Positions 52,101-64,000 of a stretch of 64,000 nucleotides of DNA are shown here, one piece after another. The notes under the pieces are model-generated. The model saw only the letters and a program-made list of their open reading frames with translations, had not been told where the DNA came from and did not search any database. The DNA is taken from contig OZ037771.1 of NCBI GenBank assembly GCA_964035545.1, positions 3,111,628 through 3,175,627 on the forward strand, read 5' to 3'. The translations under genes were made by a program, and so were the position numbers. Each line of letters starts with the position of its first letter. Position 1 is the stretch's first letter. Source of the DNA: Bugula neritina (lineage: Eukaryota; Animalia; Bryozoa).

Positions 52101-55100
52101 GATGAGTCACTCACTCATGTCTAAAAATGTTTTTTTTTATTTTGATTTTTATGTAACATTATTACGTTTTACAATTATTTCCTTTTATTAATCATACTTT
52201 CTAGAAGTTATCCCAACTTCCTGTTACAGGCTACTCGTGTCGACTGTTGACCAGTGAAATGCCTCTCGTCATCATCAACGCTACCACTGCAGAAGACACT
52301 AAGGCTCAGATTGCTAAAGTTGTAGAGGAGTTTGGGCCGTCGTTGAAAGGCTCCAACAACGTGGGGCTCGTGATTGATGGCCACGTATGTCCACTTATTC
52401 GTGTTGATATAATTTTCATCTCAGTGTGTTGTGTACACGTTGTGCTTGTGTGTGTTTTTGTAAAGCATTTAATGTTATTTTGATGTTATAAATAATTAAT
52501 TTTCTCCTTAAACATGGCTAGCAATGACTATGCAAAGATTAAAACATTAAACACGAAGTGTTGCATATAATTAGCTGAAATAAAATGTTACTTCTTATAA
52601 ATAATAAAATGTAGCAGTAGTAATAAATATAAGAATGTAGTAATATTATTGAATTTAGTTATGTGGTAATAGTGTTGCGGAAATTACAATATAGTAATAT
52701 TAATTTTAATATAGTAATAATAATAAATAAAGTAATAAGGCAATATTAAATGTAATACAGTACCAATATTAAATATAATAACATAGTATTATTGAATAAA
52801 ATGATATAGTAATAATAAATATCATACTATTAAATATAATATATATTATAGTAATGGTAATGTTATCAGTTATTCACAATCTTGTAAAGTGATTTGTGAT
52901 TGGCTGTTTGTAGACATTGAAATTTGCTCTGAAAGATCCGCTATTGGTTGACTTCCTAAAGATTGCTATTAGCTGCTGCGCTGTCATCTGCTGCCGGGTG
53001 TCTCCCCTGCAGAAGGCAGAGCTGGTCATGGTGGTGAAGAAATATGTCGGGACAATCACCCTGGCTGTGGGCGACGGTGCTAATGACGTGGGAATGATCC
53101 AGGTACTTCTCTCTCTATCTATTTCCGTGTACACTCATTATGTTACTTAATTTTTTATTAGACTTTTCCAGTTATATGGTTTGTTACATAACTTCAGTGT
53201 TGATGCTTCACCATTTTGAAAGAATACTTTGACCTGGCTTCCTATTTTAGCTTAGTTGCTCATTGCTGTCCTAATACAAGGCAACTCAGTTTTCCAAGTA
53301 TTATTAGATAGGCAGCGTATAAATTATCTTTGCTCTTTCAACGCCGCTAAACATGCAATGTAACAGAAATTGAGTAAAATACAAATTAGTCAGTATTTAT
53401 TCATAGAGTTCAATTCAATGTTCAGGCAGCGGATGTTGGTGTTGGTATTCACGGACTGGAAGGCACACAAGCCGTCTGCGCTGCCGACTACGCTATTGGT
53501 CAGTTCAGATTCCTGAAGAAGCTGCTGTTGGTGCACGGTGTGTGGAACTACTACCGCATATCCAAGCTGGTTCTCTACTCGTTCTACAAGAATATCTGCG
53601 TCTATGTGATTGAGGTAAGTCATGTGACCAAGGTGAGTCATGTGATTGGGGTGAGTCATGTGACCAAGGTGAGTCATGTAACTGAAGTGAGTTATGTGAC
53701 TGAAGTGAGTCATGTGACTGAGGTGAGTCATGTGACTGAGGTGAGTCATGTGACTAAAGTGAGTCATGTGACTGAAGTGAGTCATGTAACTGAAGTGAGT
53801 CATGTGACTGAGGTGAGTCATGTGACTGAGGTGGGTCATGTGACTGAGGTGAGTCATGTGACCTAGGGTGGTAATATTCATTGTGCAAGTCATATATATG
53901 TGAAATTGGTATTATGTAATAAACTGTGGAAAGAGAAAAGCTGCCTTCATTCAGTTTGAACTCAATTGTGTCACATTCTAAACTCATCCATAATCCATGG
54001 TTCGGTATATTCTGCATTGTAATGATATTAGTATATGACTCTGTTGTGTTTCAGCTCTGGTTCCAAGTTAACAACGCCTACTCTGGTCAAATTCTATTTG
54101 AAAGGTGGTCCATAGGTTTCTACAATGTGGTAAGTGGTGATATTAGTACTTCTGTGGTAAATAGTAACTAGTATAGCTGACTAACCTAATTGCTTATAAT
54201 GATGTTTTTGTTAATTTATGTTCTATACAAATTTGATACTGGATATAGTGTGTATGTCAAGCAGATATGGTAAATTTAATTTTAAAGTGTATTATTAGAT
54301 TTGCAACTGTTAGGGCATACAATAGATGCTGTTTACTAACGCTACATTTACAGCTTACATTGAATGTAACTGTGAATTTTTGTTTTTAGATTTTTACATT
54401 CTTGCCACCTTTAGCCTTGGGCCTTCTAGACAGATATACGAATAAGGAGATTCCTCTCAGATACCCCCCTATGTACAAGATCTCACAAGACTCCACGCTA
54501 TTCAATGTTCGAGTGAGTTGTGCTGTACACAAGTTGCTAATGACTCAGAGCGTTGCTCTTAATACGCCATGTTGTAGAACCATTTACTGCTGCTATTGCT
54601 ACATTTTATTACCTAACACAGCAGCTGTGGTCTACTGGGTAGAGCACTGGCTGGATCAACACAAGGTCAGTAATTTGATCCCCAGTGAAGACCATTGGTG
54701 ATGTTAGGACGGGCATTTAGGCATAATTGCTCCTGTGCCGCACGTGGATAAGTCCTTAGCCTGCTTACAAGTTTCTTACCATCTGGTACTCACAGGGATG
54801 TTCGTTTTTCATTGGCTAACATCACATGGCTTTATGAGGGCTATTTAGCATAGAGATGGTCAGTCAGGCGATTAAGATGTAGATTGCTATAGCAACCCAT
54901 ATACTTGCCCCTGTTCACAGTGCGCAATTAGTATTCAGGGCTGGATTATTCAGGTATTGATCAAGGTCGGAGCTGTTGGGGCTAATCATAATAAGCGTAA
55001 CATGCGAGGAGCTGTTGACCAATCATAGCAGTCGTATTATGTGATGTCTTGTGATTTGAAGGTGTTTTGGATGTGGATGTTGAACTCGATTTACCATTCC

Positions 55101-57400
55101 GTGGCTCTCTACTACCTCTCTCTGCTGATGGTGTCACCAGACGCAACCCTACCCAGCGGACAGACCTCGGGCTATCTCTACCTCGGCAATTGTGTCTTCA
55201 CTGTGAGTTTAACTCTACCTTGTCATATCTCTGCTATAAACTCGACTCTATATTCATAAACTACGAGTTCCCAATAAACACATGCATGTATTATTATATC
55301 TTCTATTCAGTCACGTCTCTTTCATGGAGGTGCCCACTGTTTTATCAAAAATTATAAGTATTATCATATTTTATTTCATTACCTATTCCCTGTTGCAGTA
55401 TACGGTTGTGACTGTGTGTCTGAAATGTGGACTGGAATCTTACACGTGGACTTGGGTATGTCAACGCCCCCCCCCTATAATGTGGTGTATTTGTGCATTA
55501 ATTTATGTTCACATATAACACATATGTTAACTAAAGCTTGTACATGCAATAAATTTTGTTTGTTGAACTCTTTTTTATTGGTGGTTGCAGATGTTAAACT
55601 CTTTCTTATTGGTGGTTGCAGATGCATTTTGTTGCTATATTCGGAAGTATTCTGTCTTGGTTCCTCTATGTTGGAGTCTACAGTGAGATGTGGCCTGTAG
55701 TTAGAATTTTATCTGCTAACGAGATGGTGGGGCAAGACAGGGCCCTCTTTACTAATCCGGGTTTCTGGTTTGGACTGATGGCTATACCACTTATTGCTCT
55801 CTTCAGGGACATCATCTGGAAAATGTATGTTGACTTCGCGATTGTCAATAGGTCTACGTTTATGCATTTTAGTTTTTACGTTGGAATACATTTAATTGAC
55901 ATTCTATTCTATTTAAATGAATTTTCTTTTTCTTGTTGCTTGCTTCTTGCAAGATAACTGTTTTCTCTATTTTTCTAACTCTTTCTCGCTCTTTTTATCG
56001 ATAAATACAAACTTATACTTTGTTTAGAATCAGGAGAACCTTCTTTGTGTCTATAAAAGAAAAAATAGAAAACTTTCATCACTTACGAACAAGTGGTGGA
56101 TTTAAAGGCGTGAATGAGGGGTTAAACATGCACGGCTCGTTCACTTCGTCTGTAAATGGCTCACCTACTGCGTCTGCTTCTGGCAAAGTGGGCAGACAAC
56201 TTCAATCCACTACTTCGGTGGAGGGGACATCCGCCACTAGATTCGGCATCAAAAAGACAAAGGCAAAAGCCATAAACTCGACAACTAAGGGGTGCGTTAC
56301 ACTCTTTTGTAGCTGCGCTGTCAAATAATCTGCAGTGTGTTTCGAGCATTGACTTCTTAGCCCTCCCCCCCCCCTCGCTCCTTTATATTATAGTCTGTCG
56401 AGAGAATATTAACTTATTCAGCTAATCACATTGTCAGTAAATACAGGCTTGATTTCTCTCAAAATTAGAGAGAAAAGGAGAACTTTCAAAACTAAAAGTT
56501 ATATTATCTGAAACAAGCACTAAGCATGAGGGAGAAATTAAATGTTTCATAAAACTACTTATACACATCTCAACTTCAAGTATTTGATGTTTTTATTGTA
56601 AATAATGTTAACTTTACCAAATCTGTAAACACAATATTTGTGTGTCGTTGAAATGTTGTGGTATGCATATTATATACTCTGTCATATGCATATTATATAC
56701 TCTGCCGTATGCATATTATATACTCTGTCATATGCATATTATATACTTTATCATATACTCTATAATATACTCTGTCGCATGCTATCATACGTACACTGTT
56801 CACATTTCTGTCTCACAGCATGGACGTAGCGGCAGCCAAGTTCTTCAGAAAGATATTTGCACCGGCAGCAGTTTACCAGTTCAATCCATCTGACCAATCA
56901 ATGCTGGACCTGAGTCGTTCTCAACGTGAGTCATAGTACAAAGTTTATTCACCCACTTGCTGAGTAAAATGATTATTTTTAGCAAACTGTGTTTAAATAA
57001 ACTTATTTACTGGTCATAATTTATTTAGTTCAAAGTTTTAATGGACTTCTTTTTTTTTGGCATTAACTACTGTTAGTTATTACTAGTTACTGTTAGTTGC
57101 TACTAGTTACTGTTAGTTGCTACTAGTTACTGTTAGTTGCTACTAGTTGCTGTTAGTTGCTACTAGTTACTGCTAATTATTGTTACTTTTTGTTAGTTAT
57201 TGTTAATTACTGTTATTGCTATAATATGTTATGTATGATGTGTTGAAGTTGAAACAGGGTTTAGATATTTGTTCATCAGATGATATCCTCTGTTTGTTTC
57301 AGACGGCTTTGCCTTCAGTCACGAAGAGCACCCTCCTCTCAGACAGTCCCAGGTTATCAGACTGGTGGACACGAGTCGAAAGAAACCTCCGGGAGTTTAG
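43196..57400 (+). CDS. ATP8A1: Phospholipid-transporting P4-ATPase, ATP8A1/ATP8A2 type, about 1194 aa, at least 28 exons
   Basis: Exons 43196-43314, 43488-43587, 44487-44585, 45613-45658, 45923-46107, 46323-46450, 46773-46941, 47324-47432, 47897-48093, 48501-48589, 49116-49182, 49416-49524, 49827-49909, 50205-50324, 50705-50856, 51278-51398, 51925-52015, 52230-52384, 52914-53102, 53426-53614, 54055-54129, 54390-54512, 55062-55202, 55399-55455, 55622-55824, 56028-56291, 56819-56925, 57303-57400 (3585 nt). Motifs: QQ substrate motif ([15 protein letters not shown]), DGETNLK, PISL, DKTGTLT, TGDK, GDGAND and C-terminal GFAFS. The symbol denotes the ATP8A subfamily. Confidence 0.93.
43888..44009 (+). 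repeat. G-rich 24-25-bp tandem repeat (5 copies)
   Basis: Unit ACTGCATAG(5-6)AGGGGAGGGGG, with ACTGCATA at 43893, 43918, 43943, 43967, 43991. Confidence 0.92.
44232..44416 (-). mobile_element. SINE copy, internally deleted, with 14-bp target-site duplication (ATP8A intron)
   Basis: The reverse complement reads GCAGCAGTGGTCTAGTGATTAGAGCG...AAGTCCTTAGCTCG...GGGTTTCTCACAGGAATGGCGACTATAAAC. Flanks are TATAAGGCATATGT (44218-44231) and TATAAAGCATATGT (44417-44430), one mismatch. Confidence 0.85.
46538..46611 (+). repeat. 20-bp intronic tandem repeat (about 3.5 copies)
   Basis: Unit AGTTRCTTRGCATGAGAACT. Confidence 0.85.
53604..53863 (+). repeat. 18-bp tandem array containing the splice donor (about 14 copies)
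   Basis: Unit ATGTGACTGAG|GTGAGTC. GT at 53615 and every 18 nt up to 53849. Confidence 0.95.
54618..54800 (+). mobile_element. SINE copy (ATP8A intron)
   Basis: GCAGCTGTGGTCTACTGGGTAGAGCAC...CCATTGGTGATGTTAGGACGGGCAT...CATAATTGCTCCTGTGCC...AAGTCCTTAGCC...CTCACAGGGAT matches the 5771 copy. Confidence 0.85.
55561..55624 (+). repeat. 31-bp duplication containing the splice acceptor (2 copies)
   Basis: TGTTRAACTCTTTYTTATTGGTGGTTGCAG|A occurs twice. AGs end at 55590 and 55621. Confidence 0.9.
56663..56785 (+). repeat. Intronic tandem repeat of about 23 bp (about 5 degenerate copies)
   Basis: Unit ATGCATATTATATACTCTGYCRT. Confidence 0.8.
57068..57215 (+). repeat. 20-bp intronic tandem repeat (about 6-7 copies)
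   Basis: Unit TACTAGTTACTGTTAGTTGC. Confidence 0.88.
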
Positions 57401-58285
57401 CACGCAGCAGCCATCTTGTTTCTGAATTGACTGTTTAAAGTAACCGACCTACTGATAGACACTCGCCAGTTCTATTGCCCATTGTTTCATTTTTCTTCTC
57501 TAGCATTCAGCATCTACCCTGCTCATGATTTAAATGTGAATCTGATTAAGTTTCTGCCATTAAACTATTCGCCGTTTCATCTACACTCTATGATTATTTC
57601 ATGTTTTTTTTAGATTTATATATTTATTTATTGAAAGTCAGTCTAGTCAGTTAAAATCTACGTCACATTCATGATCTGGTAAATATTTTTTCGTCATTAC
57701 CTCAAAAACTATTGTAACTTTTTGACAAATTTATTCGTAGACATTTGCTTCTCTCAGAAAATTATATTTTTCTCGGTATTAAAAACTTGTTAGGTGTTTT
57801 GCTGGTGGTTGGAAAATATTTTTGCAAAATGATGAAATGATATAAATATAGGATAACTTGCAAGGTATCGTTTATTATTTAAAATATAAGCATTTTGAAT
57901 AGCTTCTATTTAATGTATAAAAATAATATGTTGTTGTAGGTGCATTGACTTCAACATGTATTGTTGAACACAAGAAAGCAACTAAAAGCAAATGTTGTGG
58001 AGTTCTCAATTGTTCACCCAACGCTGGGTGCTGGTTTTTACCATTATAATATAAACATATTATACACAATACCATAGACTGATTCAATGGTGCAAATAGC
58101 TATCTCTATACTAAGTGCACAAGTCCCCAAAATGTAGCAAAAAACACATGCAGCACACTGATGCTATGTTTGTCAAAATATAATGAGCGTATACACTGTG
58201 TGTAATATATTACTAAATAGAAATAGCTAGTAAAATAAATGCATTTGCTGAATAAATAACCAAAATACTGTTGGGTTTGTAAGAA

Positions 58286-61260
<2,975 letters not shown>

Positions 61261-61649
61261 ATTTATCACCTATACAACAAAATTATTAGCTATTAGAAAT
61301 ATTAAATACTAATCTTATTATATTATTATTATATTATCCACCATTTGTACACATATATTTTAGTATAATATATTATGCTATGATATGCTATACTGTGATA
61401 TATTATGTAAAGTAATAAATTATATTACAATATAATATATTATAATAATATAACATAGTATATTATATTATAATATATTATATTTTATTAAATAACAACT
61501 TGAATGTCTTAAAAATTGTCAATTACTCGTAATATTACTTGTTATAAAGATAATCAAATACTTTTACAATTATATTGATCTAGTTTATAAAAACAAATTA
61601 TATATAATATACAGAATACTTATGCATACATATAATATTACGTATATAC

Positions 61650-61860
61650 GGTTTTAGGTAAAAATGGCACAGGTAATAATGGCACAAATGGAAAAGTAGG
61701 AAAAAATGGCACACTGATGTTAAATTTTTCTAAACCCCAAACTCAAACCCTCAACTCTTAAACATCCAACCCCACCCCAAACCCTAATATTGAAAGTGTA
61801 CCATTTTTACCTACTTTGCCATTTGTGCCATTTTTACCTGTGCTATTTTTACCAGACACC
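61650..61860. mobile_element. Small foldback/MITE-like element with about 65-bp internally repetitive TIRs
   Basis: GGTTTTAGGTAAAAATGGCACAGGTAATAATGGCACAAATGGAAAAGTAGG... is inverted at ...CCTACTTTGCCATTTGTGCCATTTTTACCTGTGCTATTTTTACCAGACACC. The core is a degenerate AACCCT/AAACTC tract and the flanks are TA-rich. Confidence 0.8.
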
Positions 61861-64000
61861 ACATATATACATATTATATATGTTTAGACAATATAGAGTT
61901 AGAACTCCACTTACACAACTTAAAAGTTGAAGGCAGAAAATTCTATTCATTCCTACCAGGACAAGACCAGCTGTGTAAATGCTGAATGCCCCTCATTACC
62001 AGTTAATATATAAATTTCTTGTAATGGCCAAATGAGTTTAGCTGAGCGTAATGACACATATTATGGTTTTAAATAGAAAATTATTAGACTAACAGCTATA
62101 ATTTAACTGAGCTGTGTTTATTTAGTAAGTGTGGTTGGGCGTACGCTAATGATAGTTCAGGAATATTCGGGTGAATAATCTTATGAGTGGAATTTAGTGT
62201 AAATAGAGTAAAGCAGTTGATCTGTCACCATATTTATATGGTGTCTTCGTTGTTATATATAGCATTTGTTTAGACAAATCATTATTAAAGTGGGAAGTAA
62301 ATTATTTTTCCACAAGCAGGCGAAATATTATATATTGAGCAAAAATTAAAATTGTTTTAGTCAATAATTTTTTAAAAAGTTGCTACTTCAGCATTATATA
62401 CAGTTACAGCTTAATATATTTTTCCAAGCAATTGAAATTTATAAAACTCGCAATTTTGTCATATTTAATAAATTAGTAACAACTTTTTTCACCTGTCTAT
62501 AGTTTATTTTACAATTATTAACAACATTTATGGAATTATGTTATAATATATTATATCATATCATATTACATTATACCATATTATATTATTTTACATTATA
62601 TTTTATTACGCTATATTATCTTTTATCATATTATATCATACTATGTTATATTACATTATATATATCATATTATATTTTATGGTGTGCCTGCAGTATGTGA
62701 TAATTATGTATGACAGTTTTAGGACATATTTATTAATGTCACTCCATAGAGCTCTAAATGATGGCACATATATCGTAGTGTAACATGATGCAGAGGTAAT
62801 TGTTCATCTTATCTAACCTTTCTCATGTGTCATGCATGTTCACTGTTATATAAGAATGAAACAGGATTTCTGTTTACACTATATGCAGCTATCTAAGATC
62901 TCATTGAAACTTGAACAAAAATTAAAAAAGAAGCACATTAACCAAAGTTTGATGTTTTTTTACCTTGTTTCAGTTCATTGTGTATTTATGTTTTACGTTG
63001 CTATTATAATTTTTTTAGATTATTTTATTTTCTCAATTGTATAATACCATGATTTGAATAAAAAGTTAATTTTAAAAGCCACAAAAACCAATATGGTGAA
63101 AATAGCTCCAATTAAAATATGAGAAGAATTTATTATTTCATTATTCCCTTTACCGAGACACCGAGTAAGTTAAAAATAAATTATAGGATAAATAGCATAA
63201 AACCCAATCATAAATTTGTAGAAATGAGTTTTAATAATGAACCATAACATTATATAAACAGATACCCTGTAATAACAGGTTAAAAGTAAAGATATGACTA
63301 TTAAATTATATATTTACTGTGTAATTAAATCTATCTCAATAACTTTCTTGCCCTAGACCCATGAGAAAATATCTGACAATATATTTTCATGGTGAAAGTA
63401 AATTTATTGCTGAATATAATTGATAGTTTTAAATTATAGGTATACAACATTGACGTTGTTGATTATGGGTGGCTCATCAAATAAATACAAGCAAACATCC
63501 AACATGTCACCTTTAAGAAGTCAAACCTAATATGTTTCAAGCCGTGTGCTCTTAGCAGACATTATCCTATCCCATAGTCTAATATACAATATATAAAACT
63601 GTATCGGTGTACTTACCAATAGAAAGTTATCTCAGAGATATACAGACAAATGCTAAATTTACTATTTCAAAAAAATGAAAGTAAATGGTATGTGCATAAG
63701 CTAAACTCAATGTTAAAATGAGATGGGGGTGTTTATGCTAATGTTTTATATGTGAACACCTCCATAACAAGTCCATTCAGACTTGTTTAAGATTGCTAAA
63801 AGATAGGACAGTATCTATTGTCTGTTGAAATGTTTTTGTATAGTTGCTCGTCTATAGTTGCTCATCATGTATTAGTGGCCAGGTGAGTTTATAATGTGAA
63901 GCATTTTATCTGAAATATTAGCTTAAAATTGAGTGAAATCTTTCAATTTGAGACAGACTGTTTTTCATACTGTTTAGATGCTGCTCTGTTTTATTGCGAT

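Noticed and set aside
53390-53893. Antisense His-rich ORF (SHMTHL)n as a metal-binding protein
   Set aside because: It is the reverse-strand reading of the 18-bp donor array and overlaps an ATP8A exon; there is no independent support.

Overview
AT-rich, intron-dense eukaryotic DNA from an invertebrate metazoan; the taxon cannot be fixed from sequence alone. Seven protein-coding genes were reconstructed by hand using GT-AG boundaries and codon phase: a GT31 beta-1,3-galactosyltransferase (+), a 33-exon jitterbug/FLN-2-type filamin with about 13 Ig repeats and no visible CH domain (+), a small coiled-coil protein (+), a single-domain rhodanese (+), NFATC2IP/Rad60-like (-), a P4-ATPase flippase of the ATP8A type (+) and an Ovo-family zinc-finger factor (-). 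Mobile DNA comprises a tRNA-Thr-like SINE family (5 copies, two with target-site duplications), three unrelated MITE-like elements and a 49-bp hairpin derivative of one of them. The most unusual signal is a recurring class of intronic tandem arrays whose repeat unit is the splice junction itself. Acceptor arrays extend upstream and only or mainly the last AG is correct. Donor arrays extend downstream and the first GT is correct. Authentic sites therefore sit beside up to 13 near-identical decoys. All gene models are manual predictions with no transcript or database support.
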